The translations under genes and the position numbers were made by a program. The notes under the pieces are model-generated. The model saw only the letters and a program-made list of their open reading frames with translations. It searched no databases and was not told the origin of the DNA. From Gracilinanus agilis (taxonomy: Eukaryota), in assembly GCF_016433145.1 (NCBI RefSeq), contig NC_058134.1, forward strand, positions 98,053,417 through 98,117,416: 64,000 nucleotides of DNA, written 5' to 3'. Below, one piece after another: positions 1 through 13,736 of the stretch (position 1 is the first letter of the stretch; every line of letters starts with the position of its first letter).

Positions 1-760
1 TCCGTCCCCCCTCAGTCTGTCCAGGCAGGGTCGTACCTCCCGGTCCGTGTGCTTGTACGCACGCCTCCCATCCATGTACGGGGAAACCGGCGCCGCTTCC
101 CCGCCCAGCAGCAGGCCCAGCCTCACCCCCGCCAAGCCCATCCCCTACCCGCCACCTCCCGGCCTCCCTGGAGCGCTCCTTCCTCCCCCAGTCCCGATCC
201 GACCCTCTGTGCCTCCCTCCTTCCCTGGCAGAGCCAGGCACCATGTGACTACCGGAGCTGCCGAGGGTCAGTCCCTGTGCTTGGGCGCAGGGCGGGGAGG
301 GGCGGAGCTGCCGAGGCCTCCACGAGGGCGGGCCTGGAGTCGTCCTCTGGAGCATTGGACCCGGGCCTCGGCCCGCCGCCTGGCGCTCGGCCTCCAGTGG
401 GCGGAAAGGGGAGGACTATAAATTCCGAGAGCCCGCCCCGTTTTACACTGGGGAAAACTGAGGGACTTCTCCAAGGTCACGCGGCGAGTGTCTGGGATGC
501 CAAAACGAGTCCTCCGAAAGGAAATTCAGGTGCAGCCTCCACGGTTGTGACTAGGTCCCACGGATCCTGATTTCTCTTCATCGTGGATCTGTCGCATTGC
601 TGGAGAGACCCCATCCCCACTATGCCCATCCAGACCTGCCACTCTGGGGCCTCGGTTTCCTCAGTTGTAAAAGACCGCTGCGCGAAGCCAGATCCCCGCC
701 CGGTGCCCTTCCCCTCCTTCTACCTTGGATCTGACCACTTAGTGGGTGTCAGTGCAGCGT
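1..760. promoter_or_regulatory. CpG-island promoter, probably driving a minus-strand gene that continues off the left edge (REPIN1 expected by synteny)
   Basis: Very GC/CpG-rich relative to the AT-rich remainder, with GC boxes (gggcgg/ccgccc at ~291, 328, 399, 434). A ZNF143/SBS-like ggactataaattccgaga lies at ~413-430, and a minus-strand donor-like GAG|gtacga at ~37. The REPIN1 assignment comes from human synteny (REPIN1 head-to-head with RARRES2), not from sequence identity. Confidence 0.55.
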
Positions 761-3700
761 CTCCCACCTCGTTGTTAGGCTGTTCATTTTCGTCATGTCT
801 TCTTCATAGCCCTATCTAGGGTTTTCTTGGCAGAGAGGCAGGAGTGGTTGGCCATTTCCAACAGGATTAAGAGATTTCCCCAGGGTAACGGCACTAGTTA
901 GTGTCTGGATCCCATTTGAACTCAGGTCACCCTAATTCCAAACCAGGAACTCTATCCCCTTGGCCACCTCGTTGCCCTGTTTGACTGCCTATAGATATGG
1001 ATGTTTAACTTTATATACATATTATAGAGTATAATATATATTGTATCTATCACGGATATGTATATATAACAAAAGGACAGCCACGTGTTGACCCTGGAGA
1101 ACTCATATAACCCCCTTTGCCTCAGTTTCTTTATCTGTAAAATGAACTGCAGAAAGAAATGCCAAACCACTTCAGTATCTTTGCTAAAAAAACTTCAAAA
1201 GGGGTCACAAACACTATGGACAGGACTGAAAATATATAATATGATAGATAGAGATATATAGATTCTCCCAATAGAATCTAATCTCATTTAGATTAGGGAC
1301 TGTTGTTTCATTCTTTTTACTTCCCCAGGTTCTAACACAATGTATGGCACAAAGTAGGTACTTAATACTTGTGGATTAATTTAATGATTAGCTAAGGCCA
1401 ATTTAAAAAAAAAAAAAAAGCTATATAAGAGACTAAATCCTCCATCATCCAGTGGGAACCAGTAGTTGTGTTGCTGTCATAGAATTAGGGAACTTGACCA
1501 GATGATTTTTTTTCTTTCTTTAAAAAAAAAAAATAAACCCTTACCTTCTGTGTTAGAATCAATACTAAATATTGGTTCCAAGACAGAAGAACAGAAAGGG
1601 CTAGGTAATTGGGGTTAAGTGATTTGCTCAGAGTCACACATCTAGGAAGTGTCTTTGGTCAGATTTGAACCCAAGATCTCCTATCTCCAGACCTGGCTTT
1701 CCACTTGAGCCACCTAGCTGCCCTCAAATGATTTCTTAAAGCCCTATCAGACTTTAGGGTCTATGCTTTCTACTATAATTAAATCTTCCTCAAATCTATC
1801 ATTGTATTTCTTTTTTGGGCTGGGACCCTGAGAGGTTTTTAATCTGTCCTCATGGATCACCTTCCTTAGTCCCCTTGGCAAAGAACAATAGTGCTTGGAG
1901 GTTACTGAAGGGATAGCATCCAAGCTAAGGATATATGTCCAATTTTAAGAAAGAATGTGAAGAAAAGGCATGACTTGACATAGAGAGAATATGGTCTAAG
2001 ACCTTAGTTTACCAGATGAAACCAGGGTCCAAAGAAACTTGCCTACGGTCATAAAGCTACTTTTGATATACTCAGAATCTTAGCCCCAAGCCATACTTGA
2101 GTCTAGACCACTTCATCTAATTAACCCAATTCTCTTACCTTTTTCAAGACAGTGCAATGCCATCTTACCTAGACTTATCCCTGAGCTCCAGAGCTTTACA
2201 GATAAGAATTCCTTCATAAAATCACTATCATTTTATTTTTCCTCTTACCTCTAGGTAACATAGACTCTTATCCACAGATCCCAAGGGTACTCTTCTCTTG
2301 TCCCCATCCCAGTCCCAGCCAATGCCTCCCTGCCTTTGAGGAATGATGACCCACCACAAAAGCCTGCACAAGTTTCAGAAGTAGAACCCAGTGTGATCTG
2401 TCATTCTCAGGCTCAACAAACTATGCTTTTTCAACTGTTCCCCTCAGGTTGCTTGAAAACACAAATAACCATTGTGAAGCAACAGGATCAGGGTCAGGAA
2501 GGAGACCTTCATTTGCTCATACATTTAATAAACATTTACTGTGTACTTGCTGAATATTAAGAACTATGCTAAGTGCTGGAGATACAAGGATGTATAGAAC
2601 ACAAACCAGGTTCTTTTTTGAGTTCTAAACCCTTTTGGCAATCTGGTGACCTCCACAGACTCCTTCTTAGAATAATGGTTTTAATTGTATAAAATAAAAT
2701 ACATAGGATTATAAAGGAAACCAAAATTAGTGAAAATAAAGATACAAACTTTTTCCACCATCTAAGTTTACATACATAACTCCTGAAATCTATCCCTGGA
2801 TACTTTGGGAGTCAGTGGTCTCCAGGTTAAGAACACTGACAAACCCTATCTTTACTGAGGTCAGGGAAAATAGGTCTACAAATAAATGCATAACAGAAGA
2901 GTGAAATAAATGCAAAGAAGAGGTCTAAAATGTTATGAAGAATATACTAGCTAGAGATTATTCATTTTCAGCTTGGAGGAGTGGGAAAATCAGAGAAAAT
3001 GAGACTTCATGAGGAGAGTAGCACCTCAGTGGAAAGGACTTTTAACAGATGGATATAGCAGAAATCCTTGGCACGGGTCAGAACAAGAAGGAGAGAGTAC
3101 AATGAGGACATAGGGAGGAGAAGAATCCAATTTAACTGGAGAAGAAAATGTAGAGCTAAAACAAGTTTGTAGCTGGATCATGGGCTATACTTTATTGGGT
3201 AGACAATGCTAGGTAACTGAAATTTTTGAGTAAAAGTTTGATACATGATCAAAGTAGTATGTTAGGATTATTGAATATCATATGTATAATGAATGCTTGG
3301 AAAGCAGATAAACCAGCTGGTTCCAATCCCATCTGGTGTTTTCATCTTTTTTCTGCTGGTCAGTATTAGTAGCCAGAATCTTTGAGCTACTGGGAATAAA
3401 ATTCCTTTCTGTATCTTTCACTACCATTGCTTCCAGTCTAAGGTGCTTCAATTCCTCCAAATTCTTCTGGCTCTAAGTATGAATACCCCATCCCCCCGAT
3501 TTCCTTTCTCTTTTTCACCCATAGAGTGGTAAATAAAATATTGGATAAAATAAATCCATATGGAGAATAGATCTTTTAAAAAATTGCTTTCATAACTTGC
3601 CTGCTAGAAGAAACCTTAGAGACCATGTAACATCCTACATCATAATTTTACAGAGGAAGAACTTAAGGTCCAGAAAAAAATATAAGTAATTTGCCCCAAA

Positions 3701-4493
3701 TCACAAAGGTAGAAATTAACTAAGCTGAGATTTGAACCCAGGTCTTCTGATTCCATGACATATGTTCCTTCCATAATAATAATCTGCCCCTAATGGAAGA
3801 AAGATAATAAAAACAAATATCAGAATCATCAAGCTACAGACCACAAAAATCTTATTCTAGCCACAGACACTGGTTAAAAAGGAAATCTTTCTATGGGACC
3901 AGCTACTCCTCTATCTCAAAAGAAAAGCACTCTCCTAAACCCCAGACCAAATTCCTTTAGTTGTGGGAAAAACATTCCAAAGTTTGTAGCAGGGTCTCAC
4001 CCCAAGAATGAGAGGCTCCAAATTCTGTTCTTGTCCAGAGGTACCCAGAAATACAATGATACAGGACAATTCTGAAGGACTTATGACAAAGAATGCTACC
4101 TACCTCCAGAGAAAGTACTGTTTGAATGGGAATGCAAATCAAAGCATTCTATTTTTCACTTTAGTTTGTGTTTTTATTTTGAAGTTTTGGTTTTATATGA
4201 GTTTTCTCTTACAATAATGACCAAGATGGAAAAATGTTTTGCATGATAATACATGTAAAAGTCAGATCAAATTGCTTACCATCTCTGGGAGTGGAGAAGA
4301 AAAGCAGGGAAGAAGAAAATCTGGATCTCCTAAGTTCAGAAAATTTATGTTGTAAATTGTTATTACATATAATTAGGGAAATAAAATACTTAAGGTAAAA
4401 ATATTGAGACCATCTTTGAGTGGTGGTTGTCTTAGGCGGTTGACATCACTTCTTGGTCATCTAAGGACAAAGCAGCTAGGAAGTGCTCTAGGC

Positions 4494-4658
4494 CAGGGGT
4501 TGGCAACCTTTTTGGCTGTGAGAGCCATAAACGCCACATTTTTTAAAATGTAATTTCGTGAGAGTCGTACAGTGCTCACAGTGCGGCTCCTGTAACAGCG
4601 CCTGAAAAAAAATTGACTTTATGGCTCCTGCAGAAAGAGCCATACATTGCGACCCCTG
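4494..4658 (+). mobile_element. hAT/Charlie-type MITE, family 1 (165 bp)
   Basis: TIRs caggggttggcaa...ttgcgacccctg and an 8-bp TSD ctctaggc/ctctagga. The site is empty in the paralogous copy at ~26215, and a second copy lies inverted at 55781-55946. Confidence 0.88.
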
Positions 4659-4816
4659 CTCTAGGAAGACCTCTGATGCTTAACTGGTAAATTTAGATGG
4701 ATAGCTCAGAAAAGGGAGTTTCGTTCATCTGAGTCAGCTGGTGGTTTCCTTATCTTTGTTGAATATCTTTCTCTTGCTATGGCTAATTCAAAATTTTTAA
4801 TTAGCTATTTAATGAC

Positions 4817-5917
4817 TGTTAGAAATAAAGAAGTCTCTGGGCCAAAATTCTGAGTTGAGGATCCAAATTTTAATTGTGGTAAATGAAAGCCTGTGGTGAA
4901 GACCCCCTTTAGATGTTCAACAGTGTATTTTATAGGTTTTTAACAGTTAATTAGCATTAGTCATTATCACAGTTGAAGGTACAGAGGAAGTGAAGAAACA
5001 TGCAATGGTGCTTGATAATAAGGGTTTGGAACATTTGCTACAAAGTCATAAAAGTTCAGTATCATACTATCATACTACTGTGAGAGATGAAGTTGAGAAA
5101 GATGATGATCTCCTTTCTATCAAAACAAGTTGTTTCATGTTCCCAACCTAAGCCACAGTTCAGATAGGCAGGATGGAAACAGTCCTGGTTGATAGCTTAA
5201 AAGGCTATACTATATATAATAGGATTGAAACAGTCCTTGTGTTGATTGGTTAAAACCTGTTTGAATAACTAGGATAATTGGTTTTGTAAATTGCAATCAG
5301 ATTAGCTAGCTTTCCTAAGATTGTAACTCAAGTAACCAGTCAATGGTGAATGAGGGGATGAGGGGGACTATCTTTGAGTCAGGGACTAGGAGAAAAGAAG
5401 GCTACCTGCTCTTATACTTTGTACTTGCTTGCTGGCTAGACATTCTCCCGAGGAGGACACCAAGTGATCATTCCTCTCACTACTTAGGTCAAAGTAACCT
5501 TTCTTGGTCACAATATTCTGAGGAACCTATAGAGGCATAAATCTTTAAAGGATTAAACAATACCTGAACAAGACAAGGTTGTTTTCATATTATCTCACCA
5601 GGTCAACTGTACACTCTCCACTCCCAATGAACCTTCTGCATGGGTTTCACCTTCCATAGATAACTACACAGAATTGAAGTTTTTATTCCTCCAACAAAAG
5701 CTCTTAATATATTTAGTTGTTATAATATTCTAATATACCAAACTATATCCTTTCTAATGCTATGGTTATTGTTAAAATTGATATCTTACACAAAGTTAGT
5801 ATAACAGCTAGGTCTAACTCTTTTCTAAAAATTATAATTGCATTTACTTATCTAAAGGATTATATGTGATCATTTGGTTCATGATCAATATAAAGGCAAA
5901 AAAAATTTTTTCTTTCA
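4817..5917. mobile_element. Probable solo LTR (ERV1-like)
   Basis: A 1101-bp insertion starting TG and ending CA, flanked by a 4-bp TSD tgac (4813-4816 and 5918-5921). It is absent from the paralogous site (ttaatgaccaaaagg at ~26372). Confidence 0.7.
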
Positions 5918-7380
5918 TGACCAATGAGTGTCTGATTTTGCCCTAAATTAAAATCTAAACTACCTGGGTTCTGCCCCTAGTCAGGCCTATCCTAAAACAG
6001 ACATGTGACTGAAGAAACAGCCTGAACCTATCTTGTTTCAACAGATATTTCTTGGTTGCAGTTAATTTTCTGAACCATATGTCACCTATGTGCTGTTTGT
6101 GCAGATGTCTTGGGAGCCATAATTGTCAATGAGATTGTTTTTTCTGTATTCTCATGTATGTACCTTGTTAGTGTAGCCCATTAGAATAACCCAAAAGTCC
6201 TCAAAGTGTGACTGTCTTTTGGGGATCCCTAGTACCCTTTCAGGGAGTCTATGAGGGCAAAACTATTTTCATAATATGAAGATGTTTTAATTTTTGAACA
6301 TAAAAAACCCAAAAACTCTTGGGAAAGTCCTCAATAATTTTAAAGAGTATAATGGGGTCTGAAGATTAAAAAAAAATGGAAAACTACTAGAACAAAAACT
6401 TCCTTTCGTTGATGCTTTGCCCTCCAGAAGAAAACATGTATTAAAACTGAGTTTGTACACATTTGCTTTGTCATCAGACTATTAGAGTTTTGCCTTTTGA
6501 TCTCCACAACAGATCCAAAGCTCAATGGTTTCCTGTGTGGCAAGACAATGTTGTGGGAAAAGCACAACAAAGTTTGTAGCAGGGTCTCATCCTAAGAATG
6601 GGAGGCACAAAACTCTTGTCCAGAGATATGAAAGTCTTTATTTAAAGAAGAAGAGATTTAGGGTGATTAAATGAACTAAGGCCATATTGGTGAACCTATG
6701 GTGACTGTGGGAGGGGACTGCTCCCCTCCCCCTTTCAATGAGCACCTGAGGACATTTTTCATGTGACCCACCCCTCTGCCTAGCAGCCCAATGGGAGCAC
6801 TTCCTCCCTCCCCTGTCTGGGGTAAGGTGAGGGCTCACATGCATTGTGAGGGTTGCATTTGGGGCACTCACTCTCTAAAAGGTTTGCCATCACTGACCTA
6901 AGGGATGATGAAGTAATCTCCAGTGGTAGAATGATCTCAGGGCTGGTGGAGTAGCCCAAGGAGGGGATGATGGTTTACATATTTATTGACTAGTCCACCC
7001 CTGGGCCTTCTGGGGCTTTCCTAGCAGAAATTTCCAGAGGAGGAGAAGCCTCACTATCACCCTGAAATGCCCTTATCTTGATGAGGAACTTAGAGAGGGT
7101 CTAGTATAGTTATAAGACCAGTATGACTGATATAAATACAGAATGGAACAATATAAGTGATTAATAATACTCAACAGAATAAGACTGTCTAAAGTACAAA
7201 AAAGAACAGTGCAAGACTATTATAAGTGATTAATGGAATACAACAGTTAAATGCTTAGTAATAGAGATTTTGCAATTTATACTTAACTAGTGCCAAATAG
7301 TGAAGAATACAAGACTTCAGAACATGGGGGTCCCACTTCTATCACTGCCAACCTCCATCAAGGATAGTGTACTGAATTTT

Positions 7381-7562
7381 ATTTTTTTAAACCCCTAACT
7401 TCTGTGTATTGGCTCCTAGGTGGAAGAGTAGTAAGGGTGGGCAATGTGGGTCAAGTGACTTGCCCAGGGTCACACAGCTGGGAAGTGTCTGAGGCCGGAT
7501 TTGAACCTAGGACCTCCTGTCTCTAGGCCTGACTCTCAATCCACTGAGCTACCCAGCTGCCC
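7381..7562 (-). mobile_element. Young opossum tRNA-derived SINE (SINE1_Mdo type)
   Basis: Reverse complement of the gggcagctgggtagctcagtggattgagagtcaggcc...tttaaaa consensus, with a TSD-like agtgtactga on both sides. Confidence 0.9.
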
Positions 7563-7869
7563 TCAGTGTACTGATTTTTAAATCAGGAGGTATTAGGTTA
7601 AAATCTTGTCTGACAGTGTTGTGAGTCGTGGACAAATTACTTATTCTCTTTGAGTCTCAATTTCTTATATGTAAAATGAGAATAATAATACCTGTAGAAT
7701 CTAACTTATAGAATTGTTGCAAGGATCTACTGGGATAAGAATATGAAAAGCACTCTGCAAATTTTAAAATGTTCCATGAATATTATTATTGTTGTTGTTG
7801 ATAATTATGATATTCTCTTGTCCCTATTAGGAAAAAAAGTTACCCCAGCTATATATTTAACATTTACCA

Positions 7870-9060
7870 ACAAGCCCCTTTGTTGCATCCTTCTTCACCT
7901 CATCTCTGTAGCTTCTGACTTTTCTGATCAGCTCTTCTTCTTGCATATTTTCTCTTCATTGGGCTTTCCTGACATTATCCTGTCCTCATTTTCCTCCTGC
8001 TTGTATGATTATTCCTTAATCACATTTGCTGACATCATCCAGTTCTCAACCATCAATCAATGGTTTTCTCAAGGCCCCACAATGGGGCCTTCCCTTCTCT
8101 CTTCTTTCTCTATTGAGGATCTCATCTATTCCTAAGGATTCACTTATCATCTCTATGCAGGTATTTACCAAGTCTGTCTAAGCAGCTAGAATGATAACTG
8201 GGACTTTGCCCCAGGACACTGAATTTAGAGGGCATTAACAATGTTTACAATCCTTCCACTTACTGGGGTGATTTCTGCCACTCTGCTTCTGGCTCTCTTT
8301 CCATCATTGTCTTCCCACTTGTCACTTCTGGGGTCCCTGTTCTCTCCCTCTCCTTGAGAATTTTTCTTGCTGCTTATCCTGTGTCCTAGCTACAACATCT
8401 CTCTATCCTGACCTTATCTCTCTCCCGACTTCCAGTCGTGCCCAACTTCCCGCTAGATATTTCTACTGACTTGACTTGTCCTGAAGGTATCTTAAACTGC
8501 ACATATCGAAAACAAAATTTGTCTTCTCCTTTACTTAAACGTCTCCATTTCTGCTGAGAAAGGCACAATCCTTCCAGTCAACCAGATTCACAACAATTTC
8601 TTATCCTTGATCTCTCCTAGCCAAACAGCTGCCACCTTCTTTCTCCTTCCCCTTCTCTTGAACACCATCTCCACATGAATTCACTTTCTTCTGTACTATT
8701 GCAATAGCCTTGGTCTCACTTTCTCATCTGTCCCTCTCCAATCTACTCCCCACATAGCTTTTAAAACAATCTTTCTAAATAAAACATACATCTGACTTTC
8801 CCACTCCTCTGCTCAATAACCTTCAGCTATTTCCTATTGTCTCAAAGATCAAATACTAATTAGAGGTTAGCATTTAAAATCTTTTACAGCCTGACTCCAG
8901 CCTATCTTTCTAAGCTTTCTCATGACTCCTCTTCCAAATGCTCTTTATTTCAGACTAAACTTAACATTCAGTCTTCCTTTTCCACATGCATAAGCTGTCC
9001 TACATGCCTGGAATACATTCTTTCTTCATCTGTTTCTTCAAGACCCACCTCAGGCCTCAC
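7870..9060 (+). mobile_element. Degraded L2 LINE 3' region
   Basis: RT-region-like sequence (ggattcacttatcatctctatgcag, xGFxYHLYAD-like) followed by typical L2 3' text. Boundaries are approximate. Confidence 0.6.
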
Positions 9061-12000
9061 CGCCTGCGGGGCTCCCAGAGCATCCTGGTTGTTATTGCAC
9101 TCCCAGGCTCCAAATTCTATTGGGTTTACCATCACCACTAGGTCGTGCTGTTGGAGTGGACAAGCACCTGACTAATCCTCTCAATTTGAGTCTAAAGTCA
9201 TTAGCAGCACACACATTCATGCTTGCTGTTAGTTACTCATCTCCTCTACCATTACTCCCAGGCTCTTCTACCACCCAGAGCAGGGTTCTTAACCTTTTTG
9301 TGAGGACTGGGCACCCTTTTGGCAGGCTGGTGACCCCTTCTCAGAAGAATGCTTTTAGAAACAAAAAATAAAATACACAGGAGTACAAAGGACACATTCT
9401 GTGGTCAGAAGATTGCAGTCCCATGTAGTCCAGGGGTAGGGCTAACAACTATAGTCATTTCAAAGGAATGGCGAACAGAAATCTGCAACAACTATAATGC
9501 AATGTGAAAATATCTCTGTTTTTATTGGTGGCAAAATACCAGGCACTGCTCACATGATCATGGTCGTTTGTCTATACTCATAATTAGTGGGGGAAATTCA
9601 GTTAGAGGGTAGTGAAAATTAAAAATATACACTTTCCTCATCCAAGTTCAATGATCCCCTGAAATCTCTCCACAGACACGGACCCAGGTCACAAAACCTT
9701 GATCTGGACATGAGCATGACAATTAGTCTCTTGGTTGATGAACTCACCGGTTGGCCACCACTTTCTTTCACTTGTCAAACAAAAGCTTCTGCTTCTTTTA
9801 AAAGTCATTCTCTTATAAACTTTTGATTCATATTCAATAAAGGGGTGGTAAAAACAGAGGAATTCTTGAACCACACAGATGAACAGTTCCATTCATTTCC
9901 AGATACAACTCTCTCAAGTTCCCCCAGCAAAGGAAAATACTCACTTGGGGCAGCCCGTCAGTGGCAGCCTCCTCAGCCAGGGTCTAGAGTTTAGGAGGAC
10001 AGGAAGTCAGAATCAGATCACAAGCATTCCAGCTCGCAGAAAACAATCTAATCTCAAAATCAGCACACCGGTTTGAAAGCTGGAAATCCCCTTTCCCTCT
10101 CTCTGCTTTCTTCCCTGGGGCAACGAGAAGTCTCCTTTCACTTTCTCTGTGGTTTACTCACCTCTGAGGCTAGAGAACTTAGCTTCCTTGGAAGCCTCCA
10201 CTTTGTTGTTTCCATTTTCCTTAGTTAGTGTGGTGGCAGAGGTCAGTGTGGCAGCTACCATCTGCCCCCAATTTCACCCTCAAAAATTCTAGGGCAGCGC
10301 TTTGTTTGACCTCTCACAGTATATATATATATACGCCTTGTCTGTTAGCCACATCAGACCTGAAACCCAAAGGGCCAGTGGAGCTCTATCAGGGTCATTG
10401 TTTGTTCCCCTTTGTATCCCCGGAACTTGGTACAATGCTTGGCACAAAGGAGGCACTTAATATTTATTGACTATTGACCGATTAGGACATATGTCAACTA
10501 GTCACCAACCCGTACTTGGAAAAAGGTTGAAATCATCTAGGATTGAAAAGTAGGGGCTCCAATCTGTTTGCCATGTGCTTCTACTGTAAGGTGCCTTTGC
10601 TGCTCTTAGGGATGGTGGAAGGGAAAGATAAATTCCCTTTCCTACTCCTCACCCTCTGCCACATTCGTCCTGCACCCTGGTCTGGAGAATCAAAAGAGAG
10701 CGAGCTTATAGAAAGAATTCAAAACGAGTGTGCTGTTCTTCAGTTTACTCTTACTAATCACCAAAAGGCTACACCATTCTCTGATGACAGTCCGTCTGTC
10801 CCTCTGCCCCCTTCCCCACCCCTCTAAATCACCAATCATCTTCTAGTCAATCCTAGTCCCAGAGGCCCAATCAGAGGAGCTCACTGTATCTCTGCTACCT
10901 ATAGTTCAGTCCAGGAGTGTGCTGGTAAATGTTTAATAGGGGACAGAAAAGGATACCTCTGCTGTGGCCTCTGCAAGACCTGTAAGTTGATTGAGGATTC
11001 ATTAGATTGAGCAGAGACTCTCCTGATCAACTTCCCATTACATCAACATCTCACTGTTTTAGCCACTACTATTTAATTTATTTGTGTTAATGTAACCCTA
11101 GCACCAACATAAAATGTAAGCTCTCTGAGGACAGGGATTGTTTTTTCTATCCTCAGGACTAGCACAGAGCACATAGTAAAGGTTCGGACATGTTTATTTT
11201 ATTGACAAATCAAGGGATTTATGGCTCCAGAAGGATTTTTCTTATTAGATATGTGTGAGGCCCTGAAGCAAAGGGAGAGACACCCAATGAATTTTAGAGG
11301 GTCAAGGTCTAGACTGGGCAAGGCTGTGGAGTGGCAGGATATACCCCAAAGGTAGGTCCTTTCGCCCATGGGGCCATGATCCCACACTCTGATGGTTTGG
11401 TCTGGTGGAGGAGCTCAGCTAGCTGTCTTGACTGAGGTCTGGCCAGCTGGCCAGCTTCCCTGAGCTTGGATTGGGGGGGGGGGTCGAGTCAAGGAGAATG
11501 GAGGAAGGAGAGGTTTCTTTTCAGGAAGGGTAGGAGCTGGGACTGCTGTTTGGGAGATCATTCTAGATCTTTCAGGATCAGGAGACAGACAGAAGGGAAC
11601 CCCAGGAGTTGTGGGAGTAGGGAAGTAGAAAGATTGGATGGTGGTAATGGGGAGGTGGGTGTCATGGAGCCAGAGATGGGAGGAGATGGGGGCAGAGACC
11701 AGATGCAGGGGAGGAGCTGGGGAGGCGGAGGTTGGGGGAAAGGGGGAGGAGAGGCAGACGGCAAGAGAGAGCTTAAGAGGAGAGGTCCAGCAGCCCCAGC
11801 TAGGAAGAAGGTGAAGTAGGAGCAAGGAGGGGTGGGAAATGGGGGATGGACAGGAGGGTGAGGAGCTAGAAGGGTGGGTCAATGGTAAGGGAAAAGCTGA
11901 CTCTAGAGTCCAGTTTTATGTGCCCATTATCTTGGAGGTTGTACCAAGCTTTGGAACTCTTCTCAGGGCTGAAGAGTTTGCCACAGGACAGCTCATAGGG

Positions 12001-13553
12001 GTCTAGGGGAGGTCAGAAACTGATTCAAAAATTGGGAAGAGGAAGAAGTGATTTGGCCCCAGAAAAGAGGAAAAAAGGGGAAGGGAAGTGGTGAGACCAC
12101 TCACTGTGCGAAGGAACTAAACTGGAAAAGAACCAACGTCGGTTAGGAACCTGGAGGCTCTGCAAGGGGAAGGGGAGCTGGAGTCTTGTCGAGATAAGAT
12201 TATTTGGATTGGACAGGCCAGTAACAGGCCCCAGCATGCTGAGGGTTAAGCACCAGCTCAGCCCCTCCGCTGAGTGTTTACGTCCTCCCCAAAATATTCT
12301 GTCTTCTGTGTGTGCCTCTCCTCTTCCTCTTCTATTCCCCTCCCTTCCCCACAAGCCTTCTCCGAGCGGGTGGAGCTAGGATCTGGGGGGGATGGAAGGG
12401 GGAGATTGGCTGGGAAACTCCAGGGCACTGACCTGACCCCAGAGGGAGGAGGGAGAGGAGGCTCCGGAAGTGGGAGGGATGGAGGAGAGACAGAATTGAG
12501 AAAAGGGGTGGCATGGCAGGAGTGCAGTGGGCACAATGGGAGACGGGGTGGGAGGGAAGACAGAATCTGTTTCTAGGGCTTCGGGAAACTGGTCTTGGCT
12601 ATGACGGCATGGCCTGTTTCTGGGAAACTTCACAGAACAGCTCTTCCCCGAAGAGTCCTTTTGGGGAAGGGAGCTGGAAAAGAGAAAGAGGGGAGGGAAG
12701 GGCAAGAAGGGGCGCTAGCTAGACAGCATCCAGGAATCTGCAATGCCACTTTCAGGAAGGACTCAGAGGAGGTAGTTCTCCCTGCATAGCTCTCCACCCT
12801 CACCCCAACCCCAGGCTTTGGTGGGCCTAGAACTGGAAGAGCTTTGCAGCTGACCCAGGGAGGCAAGCAGGTGAGGAGGGAGATCCTAGGCTGGGGCAAA
12901 AAAGATCCAAGGGTCCTCCAGCTATCTGGCAGCCCTCCCCTCACTGCTTCCACGCCGACTCTCTCCTAATGCCCTGCTGTGACTCAGATGGTCCTAGAAA
13001 GAGAGCTGCAAAGGGCCTCAGAGATCAAGCAAGCCTCCTCATTTTACAAATTAGAAATCTAAGATCCAAGGGAAAAGACTTGCCAAGCTCACCCAGAGAG
13101 CAGTGCTGGATTTCAAACCAAGGTCCTCTGACTACAAATCCAGGACTCTTTCCACAGTTCCAAGTTGTTCTCCTCCCCCCACACCATGAAAGATGCCCTG
13201 GTTGTTTGTTTTATTCTATTTCCTTTCCATCAGAGTGTGATTTTTCCCTAAACCTCACTCCCCAGGGGCGGCTCCATCTAAGGCCGTATCAACTGCCTCC
13301 TGATCCATTAGACCCCCTTCCTTTCCTGAACCCTGTGTCTTCCCATACAACTAAAGGAGGAGCCCAAGGGCAGGGCAGGACCAGCAGGGAGTCATGACAC
13401 TAAGTCTGGGTGACAGTGGAGAAGATGGAGCAGGGCGTGGGGGAAGAGCAGGGATTGTGGAATTTGGCACGGGGATCTTGCTCTCATGGACACAGCTTCA
13501 TCCCTTGCAGGTGCCTGGCCCAGATCCAATTGCCTGGGATGTGCAGGAAAGAA

Positions 13554-13736
13554 ATGAGACAGTTGCTGTTCCCCCTGGCCCTGTGGCTCAGTGCCCTGGG
13601 GCCCACAGGAACCAGAGGAGATGAGCTTTCTGTGCCACAACAACGGGGGTTGCAGGTGGCTCTGGAGAAGTTCCACAATCACCCACCTGTGCAGTGGGCA
13701 TTCAAGGAGATTGGTGTGGACACTGCCAGTGACACG
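13554..13736 (+). CDS. RARRES2: Chemerin coding exon 1 (signal peptide plus N-terminus; exon acceptor at 13510/13511)
   Basis: MRQLLFPLALWLSALG...QRGLQVALEKFHNHPPVQWAF matches human chemerin MRRLLIPLALWLGAVG...RGLQVALEEFHKHPPVQWAF. Acceptor is ttgcag| and donor is ACG|gtgggt, phase 0. Confidence 0.95.

Larger units (their letters stand above)
4040..7815 (+). repeat. Copy A of an old direct segmental duplication (paralogous to 25780-27322), carrying extra insertions
   Basis: Colinear blocks match by eye. Examples: ttgagaccatctttgagt...gacatcacttcttggtca (~4405 vs ~26135), tgtaccttgttagtgtagccca (~6159 vs ~26663) and agtgtactga...aaatcagga (~7566 vs ~27080). Confidence 0.85.

Noticed and set aside
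47-570. Long plus-strand ORFs (124 and 173 aa) at the left edge
   Set aside because: They are Pro/Arg/Gly-rich products of a CpG island with few stops, and match no family I recognise.
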